Part shown: one piece after another, positions 1 to 22,632 of the stretch
Position numbering within the stretch: position 1 is the stretch's first letter
How the letters are laid out: every line of letters begins with the position of its first letter
Source of the DNA: Takakia lepidozioides
Taxonomy: Eukaryota; Plantae; Bryophyta
NCBI GenBank assembly: GCA_030704615.1
Contig: CM060733.1
Coordinates: 72,106,001 to 72,170,000, forward strand
Direction of reading: 5' to 3'
DNA: 64,000 bases
Made by a program: the position numbers and the translations under genes
Notes under the pieces: model-generated
Database searches by the model: none
What the model was told of the DNA's origin: nothing
The model's input: only the letters and a program-made list of their open reading frames with translations

Positions 1-2102
1 ATCTCCTTGACTACTTGCCACAATTCAGCCGCTGACATGCTACCAATTATAAATTCGCCATCGATTAAACTTGACAGTAATTCCCATTCTTCCCAATCAG
101 GTTTTGCATGCTCTTCAAAGATGCTCTGTATCTCATATTTTGAGAACACAGACAATGACGGGTTGTTCTCCAGTAAAATCTCCAAATGAGTATCCACGAG
201 TTCATCACTTAGGCCAAGGTGATCGTTCCATCTTCCAAGCAACATAGCCAATGTTGAGCTTGCTGCAAGATCACTCTTGTCTATTTCACGTTGTGAGCTC
301 TCCATGCATCTGTAAAGGTTGTCCCATTTGATGAGCTTGTCAACATGTACATGGGGGTCACAAGTAGAATTAAAACCTTGTAACATTCCTTCACCCCTAT
401 TGGCCGCTTGGTTTAGGACGTGTAGCTCCCTATCAGCTGCCTTCCACGTAGATTCCAATAATATCGCCCGTGAGGCAAAATCCTCTTCAAATTATATCTG
501 TTGGTTTTGGCCACAAGAGCTATTGTCATAGGTGTGTTTCTTGGAGAAAACACATTCAACACGCTAGATGATTCCAGATCAATAAAATTAGTATGTGTTG
601 ACATACTAATGGGAGGTTCAACATGATCGGAACAATCCACTTCAACGCTTTCAGAAGATGCCATCGGTCGTTTGCGACGTGAACCATTTGAACTGGAGCA
701 AACCTCGGGAATAGTCACACTTCTTACTCTTGGAAAATGTGCCTGTATGGCAGTCCGGTGGTTATGCACAACGTTGGTTCCTGGAACAGACAATGCCACA
801 ACCTTGTCATTGGACACGTGACAAGAAGTAGCTGTTGGTTGAGGGAATGGAAAAGCATTGGAGGAGGATGGTGATCTTTCTGGTTCCATAGCCTCGTCCT
901 CAACATCATCATCTTCAACTTGATCATTGTTGTTGACTGTATATTCCACAACAAATTCCCTTCATTGAAGTAGGCTTGCCGATTTCACATACTCGTCCAC
1001 TTGATTTTGGACTAGAAGATAATAAGGATCAGGTATGTAAATAATCTGAACAAGCCCCACACCCAAAAATTTAGCATCACATAAATTAAAACATTCTAAT
1101 CAATACAAATATAAAAAAGAAATGTGCACGTACTCTGCAGCTAAGTAAACTGGTTGTATTGAATACATGCAAAAAGGACAAGCAAATCAAAGACCATTTA
1201 TTGTATTTGAAACTTACCCTTGGTCTCCCCCCTTTTCTTGTAGGAAGGCGTGACCAGATTTCAACTTTGCAAAGGTAGAAAATAGACTCCGGTAACACCA
1301 ATCCAAGTCATTTTCGTGCAACATCTTTCTCATTGGCAATGTAATAAAAGAACTCTGCAATGTTTGCAAACTCTGGTTTTTGATAAAAATCTGCAGCAGC
1401 CTGAGCAATATACTTCTGACCAGTCCCCTCGGCAAAGCTCACATTCGGATTTCCATACATCCCGCCCCACTTTGTTTCTGGCGGCAGACTAACAGCGAGA
1501 CATTCTCGCGCAGTAGATTTAATTCTTCTTGTGACTGCCCCTACCAATGTTGGATGTTCAATCGTGTCAATCTCCAATGGAAGGGCTATGTGACGTTCCA
1601 TAGATTGGGGCCTACAATCACGGTTGCTTATGCCAGTATTGTGGCCAACACTTGGAAATTGAAATCGGGGTGTGAGAGACCTAGATGTTCGGAGGGTGCT
1701 CCCTGTCGGTGTTCTTGGTTGGGGAAGTAAGCCATAATGTCTTCCATCTACATGTTCAAAGGGAAAATTAAAAGCATAGCTATTGGTAACCTCGCTTGTA
1801 AGGCTTTGTGGATACGTGACAATGTTCACGGCAGGATCTTCTGGTCGTATTACAGTTGTAGCACTCGGTGAAGCTGTCATATTTAAGCAAGTTCTACTTT
1901 CAGCAGCAGCACCTGTTGCAGCGCCTGAAGTCCCTCGTGAGTGTGAGCGAGTTACACCTGCAACGCCAGTAGAAGTCCCTAGGGAGCCAACGTTGGGAGC
2001 CATCTCTCGACCATCAACTTGAATTGATTCACGACGTAATGTTTGTCCACGTGACGATTGTCTATACAAATTAGACTGCATTTTGTCGAGCAAAAAGGCC
2101 AC
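1..2102 (-). pseudogene. Decayed spliced ORF, probably transposon-associated; 3' part weakly resembles the start of a Ulp1/C48 protease domain; runs off the window edge
   Basis: ORFs 1308-2102 and 413-949, plus a frame open from about 490 to base 1 (…LGLSDELVDTHLEILLENNPSLSVFSK…). GTAAGT donor at about 1218. Internal stops and frameshifts. Confidence 0.3.
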
Positions 2103-3878
2103 ACAAAACCAACGAAAATTCGCACCTACTTCTCCTTCAGAAACTTGTCATTTCAAGCATTCAGAACACACATCGTCCATCATGAGAAACAACAGGAGAA
2201 CCACCACCAAAGATTTTAGTGAGGGTTTCATTCTAAAAATTTGATATTGCACAACACCAACCGAAGTATGACCACACTGTCACACGATCGAGTTCTTATG
2301 ATCGAGTTCCAAGTCACTGCAGTTAGAAAGGGCAACCGTAAGTTTCAATGTCTATCAATGATCAGAGAGAGAGAGAGTATACGACACTCCTAGTAACATT
2401 GAGGTTATATAATGACAAAGTCTGACTGTTAGGTTAGTGTTTATAAAGTCGGCTGTGTGGTCAGTCAGTATCATAGTCCTCGGCAAATTTGGGACAGAGA
2501 AAATAGCCGACAAGTTTTCAATGAAGCATGAAAAGCCAAGCGGTTCTGAAGTAGTTAAGTTGCAAATATTTGTAACTTGTAGAAAGAAGCAAAGAACCGC
2601 CTTGGAAGAATATGTAGACGTGTCACTGTGAATAGCTCGTATACAAGCATCGGATCCGTAATGATGTACTTGGTTGCAGGAGTAAGGATCTCTAGCAATT
2701 ACCTGAAAGTCGCGTTGGATTCTAGTCTTGCGCGTCAATCTTCCCAAGTGTCAATCTTCGCTACTTCAGGTTTGCACAACAATAGTAGCATGAGCTCACA
2801 TTTCCAAGTTATTCCTTTCTCCTGTATGAGATAATCCGAGCCTACGACAATGCAATATCCATAGACACGTCCAAACATAAAGGGTCTGGCTGCAAAGTGG
2901 CTAGCAAATGGACTTCAAAGTGGGTAAAGTGGTCCACTTATGGCAAACTCCGAGATGGATGGACAAAGAACCTCCATCTCTCAATCAAAACAAACACGCC
3001 TTAATCTTCGAGTTAGAGTGTCAAATTATTGGATCTTGAGGTGGTGCACAGAAAATACCTTCTCAGATATTAAGACTTCCCCACAACTTTCAAGCACAAC
3101 CAGCAAGAGAGAAACACAAAAGAACCTACCATAATGTAAGGTATTTTGGGTAACTCGTGCATTCATTCACAAGGTTGGCAGCATGAGATTGAATTCCTAA
3201 TCACCTTAGCGCTAAGTATGTGGTATTAGTATCATCTCCTTGTTCCTGCTGTAATTAGTGGATGCACCACGACATGCGCTTGATAGTGAAGCCCTCTAAC
3301 AGCAAGAAACAACAATACTGAACATCAAGAGATTTCAAAGGTGCGACGTAGTATAGTGTCGTTGAAGATAGATTAATTGAAGATATTCGGATCAGCCGTT
3401 TGAATCTGGCTTCGTACGATATGGCAGATACGGACATTTATCAAAGTACAATCAAATTCAAATTGCAGGTGTTTCGCCACTATCTCCGTATGTACGTGGC
3501 TACAGCGTATTGCCAGGCCTCAAGTATTATACTTAAACGCTAGACCATCACTGCCCACCCACGGGCAGTACTTACAATCTCATATTTTTATTCAATATGT
3601 GCTTTGGTTGTTTCTTGAATTAAGGGATAATATAATGAATACATCTAGTTTTATAAATTGTATAAGAAAAATACATCTATTTTCCATAAAAAATGGATCT
3701 TGTCTCTCTTATCAAACTTTCAGTGGTTATGAGGTGGGACGGTTTTATGTTTGACATGAAACTGAGAAATTTAAATATAATTATTATCAAATTTATATGT
3801 AATATTGATTAGTACTGAGTACTTGAACTCTAATATCATTATAGAGAGATAATCAGATAATGTATTAAAAATTATTAT

Positions 3879-3994
3879 ATATTTAAACGTAATTCAAGAC
3901 ATATACTCGAATATAATTCTCAGGAAATAACATGGCATATTTAAACGTAATTCAGGACATATACTCGAATATAATTCTCAGGAAATAACATGGC
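3879..3994. repeat. 58-bp tandem duplication (2 copies)
   Basis: atatttaaacgtaattcaRgacatatactcgaatataattctcaggaaataacatggc at 3879-3936 and 3937-3994, 1 mismatch. Confidence 0.95.
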
Positions 3995-4667
3995 ATGTAG
4001 TGCAGTACCAGACTCCATAGTATGGGATGCCTCGATGAATATGTTGCCATCAATGTATGGAAGTGTCGCTGTGCATGACATTGAGCATGGGGCATGCGTG
4101 AAGAAGAGGGTTTTATTGCGAGAAATTTGCATTTTAAATCTGGAAAGTCGATTAGGTGCATCCAGGCCACACTTGGGGACTTGGCCCGCGCCACAGCTCC
4201 TCACACGTGAGAAGTGCAAATTGGTCGTTCCTGCCACAGGTGCAAACAGGACGCCATAATTTCGTCCAGACTGTGCGGGGAGATTAGCGGGGATTAACTG
4301 GGGTTAGAATCAGACCATCACGGTTAGGGCGGCGGGTGGCGAGCCAGATCAGCGGGTCATTGCGGGTCGGGGGGGGGGGCAATCCGAGCGTCGTCCTCGA
4401 ATGGGAATGACGGGCCGGGCGCGGGCGTGCAAGCGGGGCGGGGGTTGGGGGAGCAGGCAGCGAGGAACGGTGGCGGGCCCGTGCTTGGAGGGGGCTGGGG
4501 TAATGGCGCAGGGCACGAGAGGATTGACGCACGCCTGGGAGCACAGCGAGGTGGGAGCATGGGCGCTGGCAGAGATGGAAGTGGGCGGCGGGCCACATGG
4601 AAATGATGTGGTGGAGGTGGGAGTGAAACGGAATGGGAGTCCGCAGGATCTGGGGGGGGACAGCGAC

Positions 4668-13977
<9,310 letters not shown>

Positions 13978-14323
13978 ATTACTGTAAAGTCATATGCAAA
14001 GTAACTCGTTCATACCTTAACTAAGCAGAAATAGTGCCCTCGACTGCCTTGCCCATCTAGATCCCGAGCTAAACATGAAGCTTCTTTGGACTACGTTTGG
14101 TGCATGGTATGAGCAGGCAGGTTGGGTCTGTGAAAAAAATTGCTTGATGGTAAGTGGATCTGAACACCACTCGGTATACAAGGGGGTTGGGTTTGGCTGG
14201 TCTCACATCGAACAAATGAAGGAAAGTAGATTCCGGCCCATGGAGGAACGAGTGTTTGGACCAAAAAGCAGAGGGAGCCCTGTTGTTAGTCCAGTAGAAC
14301 CTGTGCAATATCAATATCGTAGG

Positions 14324-15292
14324 TTAGAAGAGGGAAGCCAGCTTTTTGGGATTTAGTATAGTGATTGCTTCCTCCATTTTGCATAAAAATTGCTCTTTTT
14401 GTGTAGCCCCCATGATAGTGCATCCCAATAATGCATGGACAGGCATATATGGAGTCAAGTTGGAATGTCGGAGAGCCTGGATAAGTGGGAGGCAACCAGG
14501 GGGTTGCTGATTCATCAAATACATGTAGATTAGCATTGGACCAGTAGTAAAGGTCGCCATGTAAACCTGTGGACGTATATTTCCATGTATGAAAGCCTCA
14601 AGGTGAAATACAGAATCCCTCTCTCTACATCTCTCATTTTGTCCGTGGGAAGATACAAGTCTGTCAATTTGGAACATTGAAGGCTAAGTGGAGGAATATG
14701 TTGTGCACACCCTTCAGGGTCCTTGTCCCCCATCAAGGGAGGATCTGCAGAAAGTAAGCTCTTATGCATATAGTGACCATGGATTGCCCCCCTACCAATT
14801 TTGAAGTCTACATTCCCTGAATCTGAGGTCTGACATCTACCAGTTGGGGTTCACACCTGATTCATCATTACAAGTGGGGGACACTCTTTCTCCTATGGTT
14901 GATCCTGCAAAATGTCCATTTGGTTCAAATGTCAATATATCCATTCTAGTGAATATTTGCACCCCACCACAGCTTACAAATGTGACCAGGATGCCTTGTA
15001 TAGCACAAGGAAGCCACCCTGAAGTATTTGGTGGATATAATTTGCTAACCAAGTGCCAGTTTGTTGCAATTCTGAAGCTTTTCTTTGCAGACATTAATAT
15101 TTGATGAGCTTTCTTTGGACACTCATAGGCTTCCAACATGTAGACCAATGATCCTGGGAGATCATGCAGGCTCAGCTTTGCACTTTTGATGTGGATAATA
15201 CCAAAATCGCAAGCATTGTCATCTACCCTAAAATATATCCGTTCATATATCCTAAATTTACCCCCCGTGTTAACAATAAGGTATTTAACCAT
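14324..15292 (-). pseudogene. Decayed ORF of about 320 codons, unknown product
   Basis: ORFs 14837-15292 and 14324-14677 share one frame and are joined by a stretch with several in-frame stops. No family recognised. Confidence 0.3.
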
Positions 15293-15393
15293 ACTCGCAA
15301 TTGTACCCTAGGGGTAAGAATGAGGATTTTTATTATTTATTTATACCCTTCAAAATTCCAACAACAATATATCTTGTTCCGGATCGTAATATA

Positions 15394-15543
15394 AAGGTTT
15401 GCGCAATCAGGCACCAACAACAGTCTCACGCTACACGACACAACCACAAGGGGGGGTTCATAACAGCCAAGCAGTTTGTGTTGTTGGAGGGAGATGCAGT
15501 CCTTCGCAATGAGGATACGCGCATCTATCTCAAAGCTTTCGAG
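15394..15543 (+). mobile_element. Relic of the upstream orphan ORF of the methyltransferase-carrying retroelement family
   Basis: VCAIRH…GFITAKQFVLLEGDAVLRNEDTRIYLKAFE matches VFAIRH…GFISNDKFVLLEGDAVIRNEDTRNRLKAFE at about 47465-47615 (-). Confidence 0.85.
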
Positions 15544-16124
15544 CTGAGAGACCACCAAACTCTGTCTTTGTTCTCTTTGGTTTTCACTGAGAGACAGATA
15601 GGCGTGAGCATTGTTTGGTTTCTACCTGGCAGAGAGAGGAGGAGGGCTGGTTAGAGAGGGCTACCATAGCTTGGGATAGGATTAGTGGCAGGTCCTTGGA
15701 TATAGATATACCTTCCACACCTTACCATCCTGCAAAACGAGGTATCTTTGAGATAAATTTGGCAGTTACTGCATGATTACATCTTGTTTGGCAGCTAGGT
15801 CTCTATTCCATCTTCTCTCTCCATTGTAGCTAGTTTACAGTGGTAGTGCCAAAGCCTGTATTGGCGGAGGCGAGTCAGTCCGGGTGTGGGCTGGGATACT
15901 ACAGAGAGATTTTGGTGTGGAGGAGTTGTTGTTTGGTTTTTTTTTGTGTTTGGATCCCCTCCACATCTGCGTGCTTGACTGTGCGCCATTTTAGTTTTGT
16001 GTGGGCGCTTGTTTCATAGGAGGTTGGTCCGGATTTGATCACCAGCAGATCCTAGAGCGTGCTGTCGGTGGTGAGGCTAGGGTGATGACCAATAGACCAC
16101 CAGTGTTTCTCTTATGGTGGGGAA

Positions 16125-16445
16125 TGCTAGCTCACGTGAGCGAGAAATTCCGTGAGCAGAATCCTACTCACATTGCAGGGTGACGTTGACATCATGGGGT
16201 CTACAACTGCGGACAACAAAGGCAGATAAGGCCTATTACCGCGGGTAGGAGATATCAAAATGTAGGCAGTAGTCCATGTTTTTGCGAACACAATAAGGGT
16301 GGAAGAGGATGAATGTTGGATGAATATGCGATGAAAGACAGTTGGACGAATGAAGCATGGATGAATGAAAGATGACTTCTGTGTGGATGAATGAATGAAA
16401 ACCGCAAATGTAAAATGCCATCCTGCTATACCGTTCATCCACAAT
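16125..16445. repeat. GGATGAA-rich CACTA-type subterminal repeat region, related to 33950-34213
   Basis: Shared motifs attccgtgagcagaat-ct-ctcaca and cctattacYgcggg, and arrays of ggatgaa(tg). Confidence 0.6.
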
Positions 16446-17338
16446 GAAAAGATATTTTCCATTCATCACACAAAAAATCCCTAATTTCGCGATGTGATCT
16501 TCTCCTCCTCAACTTTCCCACCCAAAAAATGCCACCTTGCATCAACCAAAAGCAGAACCCAGAATGGGTAGCTCTTGATCTTGCCCATGTTGTTGTTCTC
16601 CGGATGTTGTTCAAATTCGAGCACATCATTGCATCACTGCAAAAGGCTATTCGATTACATTGCTTATGCAACGATAATACTTTGTAGAAATTGAAGAGCG
16701 TGGGATCATATTTCAGTGGATATAGCAGCTGACCATTGGGAATCCGGAAGTACCTCGTTAAGTTGCAAACTCAGTAACAATAATGTTTGAGGGTTATTTG
16801 CTGAGTAATAGTCAACACCAATGAACTAGAGAATATTGAAACAAAGACTACCATACGATTTCAAATTCCATCCAGTTTTGGTGAGGGGAAAATTCTCATA
16901 TTGCCCACGAGTACCAAGCTAAAAGCTGGATCTCTGCAATCCATGTTGGAGATAATACTAAACACTTCAAATTAGAAAAATGTGGGGAGCCCCTCAATAA
17001 CCCATACTCTCAGCCCTACACTCTTACAACTCATACTCGAACAGCATTGTGGTCATGAAGTCAGCCTGTTATGGAACCACATAGAGACCACTTCGCATAC
17101 ATTTGCTAGTTTGACTGGAGAAAAATAACCTGGCCTCCTCACCATTGTTAAATATAGTCATGTCGCTTGTCAGTACTGAGGGAGAAGGGGTGGGACAGTC
17201 TGATGTCCTAAGAAAGTATGATCAGGCCCCACACATATCTACAAATACATGATTCCACTTATGTTATAATGTAGACACATGCAGTCTGTTACGACTGGAA
17301 AAGTCTACACTACTTCCTCGTTATAACAATGTTATTAG

Positions 17339-20300
17339 TCACATTTGTCCCTCTTGCTGGGCCGATGAATTATAACTTCGCCGCCGGAACGTTGGCTGTG
17401 ACTCCAGTGGCTGCTGCAGATATAGCTTGGTTGGATCATGCGGGTCCATGTACCTGGAATTTCAGAACAAATTTACATTGAACCATGCCTAATACAAAGA
17501 ACGCTTAGAACTTATACTGCATCCACAATATCTATTTACTGAAGACCATATTACTGACATATTCCAAGAGAAACACCACTATCTTGTACCAACCTTTTCA
17601 CTGTGTACATAGAGTCACTCAATAGCATCAGAAGCCACTTTCATCTTATGCCTCAGCAGGTTGGCAACTGCTAACACTAACACTTGTGCAGATGATCGCA
17701 CTCATATGCACCCCTAAGTGGTTTAAACTAAGCAGATCAGATACAATAATTTCAAAATTTTGTTGTCACTACTTCCCATTTAACAAATTATTCACTGCAT
17801 TTCACTTGCACTGACATGGTGGTTGCAAATTCCAGGCAAATTTACTTTCACATGAACTCAAGGTATGGAGTGAGACATTGAGTATGAAGAAAACATACGC
17901 ATGTCGCATGATGTCATCAACAGGAGGGTGGGCAGTGGGTAGTGGATCGATAGGTGGTGCTGATGGAGGGGATACCTGCAACTGCCGTTCGGCCTCCCTT
18001 ACTGACTTTATCAAGTTGAGGAATAGAGGAATGAATGTGCCCACCCCACCTTCTTTGAAAAAGATTTTGAAAGCGTGAGGTGCATACAATGCCTTATTTG
18101 CCCCCTCTGGAATCACCTGCACTCAGACAGTGATCAAAATGATGTCAGTAGCTTCAACGCATTCAGGTTTGCCAGTTAACCTCTATTATGACTGCTATAA
18201 CCTCTGCCATGAAACCTTTTCCTTCTGACCGTAGTCATGAAGGTGTTAGATATATGGGACTCCCAATTAATCCAATCCTACAGCCCATGCACCTGCCTTG
18301 CTGGCCAACAACAAATGCATCACTTACCATAAAAGGTCCAGAAGATCTATCGTACCCTGCCACACCAGAGTGCTCAGAAAAGGATCCAAAAAGACGCATG
18401 GGGAGGAGCAAGGGGTGGAAACTTGGTGGAATAGACTTACTGGATGTACTTTGCCAGAAAGATTATTGCAAAAAAAGATCGGCTGGTTAAAACTCTCCTC
18501 ATGTATGAATAGCTGCATCCAACCAGAAACAAGAGACCAATGTTTGATGCATGTAAAGCCTCCAACAGTGAGAATCATACGAGACACATGAGGCTTCATG
18601 CATCTGGGAACGAAAATAGAGGGCTGCAATAACACATTGGGTGGAATGTCGTCAATAAGGCTACAGGAAGCTGCTGCACTATTTAACACAAATAGTTGCT
18701 GAAGAGTTGGGCTACCATAGATCCCCGCCTACCATGCATCAATCCTACAAGGGTTGCATGTCTTGACGAAAAAAGTCAAATATTTCCTCACTTGATTACA
18801 CACTTTCTACAATACCAATTGCCAAAAACTACTAATCTGTTAGGGTCTTATGTAAATTTGCATCAAGAGACCATATCTATACCAAGCTGCAATTTTTCCC
18901 CACTTAAGCAAAAACTTTGAACGTACAAGAGCTAGTTTTCTGGCATAAGGGTTGAAGTACCAGTGGCATGTCAAATGCAGAGATATGCCCTTCAGGACAG
19001 CTCAACACGAATACAATCCGACAAGTAGACAAGTGAATTGTTCCCTTTCCTAACAACTTGCCTCCTGGAGCACTGTAACAAACATAACATGAATATTATT
19101 AGTTCAACAGGACTTTGGGTGTTCATATCTCTCATCCAGGCAGATGTTATAGGCCAAGCTTGTCTTTGTTTCTTATGCGTTACTCATGTGCTTTGCAGGT
19201 TCCTCTTTCTCAAGTAGTCTGTTTTTAAGCACCACCGCACATTTCGAAAAAATGGTCATTTGATTAACTACGGTCAACCAAAGACATTTGTGGCAATGTA
19301 GCCATGTCTACTTCACTTCAAATGTCTTCCATTATTTGAAGCAACCAGAAAAACAGATACAAGGAAGAATCCGTTACCCATTTTGCCCACCACGTGGCCG
19401 TTAGTTAAGCAAAATTGAGGTGTTAGCTATTCTGGTTACAGATACTAGAACACAAGCTAGGTTACAAAAAACTCATGGTATACTAACTGATCTGGGTTCA
19501 CTTCACTTTTTCAGGTAGCAAAGTGTCTTGAATCTCAAAACCCTACTGTGACGAATGTTTTATTAACAGCCTAACTAATTAACATTGGTATCCACAGTTA
19601 AGGACCTCCTGAAACATTGAGAGTTTCCCAACCTGACTTAAAAGAAAATAATTATGACGTACTTCACATCTTCGAACAGAATGAAGGACTTAAAGCACCC
19701 TATCAATTATCAATAAGAAGGCGCTCTCTCTCACAAGAAAGTCATTCCTTCCCTTCATACCTGCAAACCTCTGCTCAATTATTTGAGAGCATCTAGGATA
19801 ACTCTGGAAGGGTCATATCAAGATCGGACCTGATGGTCCTACTACCAAAATCCAAGAACACATCTCCTTATAAGACTAGACATCCCGGCCTACTCACCTC
19901 CCACAAATAATTCCTTCAAAAGACGAGCTTGGCACACTTGTCTTCTCGAATCAGTAAAAGCCTGAAAATGTGCTAGCAAACCGAGGGAGAAAAATGTTCG
20001 TGGTAGTCAACTTTTCGTGAAAGCAACAAAAGCCGAACTTTTCCATTCATGTCTGGAAAACTTCTCATGCGACAATACCAGTGAGCAGACTTGCAACTTT
20101 TATAATTACAGGCTCGCTGGTACCATAGACGGATCATTCGAAATTTTAACAGAAGTATTTAATTAGGGCTAACCAGATATCTCTGGATCCAATACCAAGT
20201 CTCTTTGATTCTTCTACCGAATTTCGGCACGGCTACGTATCGGCCAAACCTCGATTCCACCTGAATTGTTTACAGATCCACTTCACGAGTAATAAATAGA

Positions 20301-20484
20301 GGTTTTCCGGTAAGAAGAATAAGCTTCTCTCCTGAGAACTAGAGAATAAAAAACGAGAAGGGGGGATACAGTACTCTGGGATCTTGTCAACGTGGAACTC
20401 CACAGAGTCTCGGCGCACCACGAATAATTCATCCATAAAGGGCACCGGCGTGCCATTTCCATACAGCTGAGGATTCACCGCCAT
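17339..20484 (-). CDS. WBP2/UPF0664-like PH/GRAM-fold protein (At5g11680-like), 5 exons
   Basis: Exons 20484-20375, 19072-18961, 18512-18441, 18116-17899, 17453-17339, GT-AG and in phase. MAVNPQLYGNGTPVPF…, AFDMPL, FNQPIFFCNN, FKIFFKEGGVGTFIPLF, AYMDPHDPTKLYLQQP. Confidence 0.93.
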
Positions 20485-21350
20485 CTCTCACAAAACGATC
20501 GGGCACTTCAACTCCTGAACAAGATAGCTCTCTCTCTCCCCTTTGTGAGTTTAAAGAACAGCCCAATTCTACCTATCACGCAACACTTAAACACCCTGGG
20601 ATTTGCGAAAGAGTAACAAGAGTCCTGCACAGCACGACAGGTCAGGACGCGCAAGACGCTCGTCCCTAACTCCTTTCATCGTGCATCTGACGTGGCTCCC
20701 TCATGACTCCCATGGATGGATGACGATACTAGCCAACAAGTCATCCATTAGCCCATCCACCGTGAACGGATGTAAGAGGAGGTGTCCTTCAAAATTCCCA
20801 AACAAAACGAGCTTCCCAAATAATAATATTTAATATTTGACGCCTCTCGAAGGAAGCGTAAATTATGGAGTCTCTTCATCCCCAAGGGTTATTGCCTTCC
20901 ATTAAGAAGGTGGACACCTTTGTGACAGAGACAATGGCCTTCAGTTTACTTCTTCATGTCCCAGGCGGAGTGTAGAGCCGCATAAACTGTTGAGCAGAGG
21001 CAGTGTCACCGGTTATATCGATAGGAAGTACGATTGGTTGTCTTGGTTGCTAGGCTACAGTGTGGCAGATTTTTTGTCGCCTCTTCTCCCTAGAGTTGAG
21101 TGACGATATCTCAATTGCAACCAACTCTGAGCTTGGGTGGCTTGATGAGCTCCCGGACATACCCAAAATATTCGGGGAGATAAATGATATAATATAGGAT
21201 TTGTTGATATTATAGTATATACGTTCTCGTGTGCACACAGCTATTGTTGCTCCGCAACAAAATTTTGATTGAATACAAATTGCGGATTATATGTACAGAT
21301 TCGAATGTGTATGATTATGAATGAAGTCATGTACTTGGACTATGTAGGTA

Positions 21351-21860
21351 ATGAGTTTTGAATCAAGAGTTAAGGGTATTAGAAAACGGTTTTGGAAACA
21401 TGACGATGAGATTAGGTCTAGAATAGAGGCTCACATTGATCAACTTGCCCTACACGAAAGAAGAAGATGGATTAATGAGCGAGTTTGGCTAGACAAAATA
21501 TTACCAGATGGACGTCAACAACGATTCTATTGGTGCCGTGATCGACCAATGTGGCCAGATTGCGCGTGCTCAGGAATCTATTTAGGAGCCCTACACCTGA
21601 GATCTTCCATAGCAACTCACATTCGATGGCAAGTTGATTATCTGACGCATTGTGTTCAGTGCCGTTTTTTTGCAGAACATTACATGATCCATAGATATCA
21701 GTGCAATTATTGTAATCAGCCTCCCCCACCAGGAGGCGGAGCGCGATTTCATGTACGGTTGCACGCTGACGTACCACCACAACCTCGTTTTTATCAACAA
21801 TACACATATTTGAATTCTTTCATTATTGCTATGATTATGCAGGGTTATATTAGACCTTGA
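21351..21860 (+). CDS. Intact 169-aa Cys/His/Trp-rich orphan ORF upstream of the Gypsy gag remnant
   Basis: ATG-to-TGA uninterrupted; CAC, CVQC and CNYC motifs; no family recognised. Confidence 0.4.
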   Translation: MSFESRVKGIRKRFWKHDDEIRSRIEAHIDQLALHERRRWINERVWLDKILPDGRQQRFYWCRDRPMWPDCACSGIYLGALHLRSSIATHIRWQVDYLTHCVQCRFFAEHYMIHRYQCNYCNQPPPPGGGARFHVRLHADVPPQPRFYQQYTYLNSFIIAMIMQGYIRP

Positions 21861-22024
21861 TAGTATAGGTAATGCTAACTGGATAAGCCAAGCAGCAAAA
21901 ATGAATGTCGAATTCTGCTTCTAGTTCCCATCACAGTCCTAGTACAGATTCCGGAGGGACCCCCTCAAACCCAGCAAAGCACTTTCGATCAGTTCCTGCT
22001 GAATCACCTAGGTTGATGACTGAA

Positions 22025-22621
22025 TTAAGATTGCTTTGGGGAATTGGAATTTGGATCTCTTTGTAATATTTGTGGAGCAAAGTACATCCCGTGTTGGGGT
22101 GGTAAATTTGCCGGAGACACCTGATTATATTGATCAGGAAATGGTGCTCTTTGACCTCGTAGATTCTGATCAACTTGCCATTGGGTTGTAGGTTTTGGCC
22201 TCTCAATATTTCGCATTCGACAGCGCTCCAAAGGATGACCTACTAGACCACAATGAAGACATGTGCCATCGTTCCAACAATCTTCTGTTCTATGACTGGA
22301 CCGACCACACTTTCCACATGGCGGATAACGGTTTCGTGGCCTATACCCCTGTCCTGGTGGAGGATTCTGGGATGGAGGAGGTCCCATTTCCTGGATCGGG
22401 TTGGGACAATGAATATGACCTGACCCTTGACAATTATAACACCATAACTTGGACGCATTAGGACCCGTCTCAGCTAATGGAACCTGAGTATCCCTGTGAT
22501 GGACATAACTGGAAACCTGCTGACCAATGGCACTAACTCTATCCCCCATGGACTCAACAGCTCTCAACACAGATGTTAGTTGTTCCTCAAAATGTCCCAT
22601 CCGATCATTGCTAGTGGTCAT
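22025..22621 (-). mobile_element. Gag C-terminal (zinc knuckle) segment, inverted relative to pol
   Basis: CYNCQGSGH, CGKCGRSSHRTEDC and CLHCGLVGHPLERC on the minus strand; pol continues on plus from 22633. Confidence 0.8.
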
Positions 22622-22632
22622 TTACCAATCCT

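Noticed and set aside
2355-3500. Several short ORFs
   Set aside because: No recognisable motifs or consistent frame.
20920-21260. Possible 5' LTR of the first Gypsy element (TGTGAC…GCAACA)
   Set aside because: No PBS follows and no second copy is present in the window.
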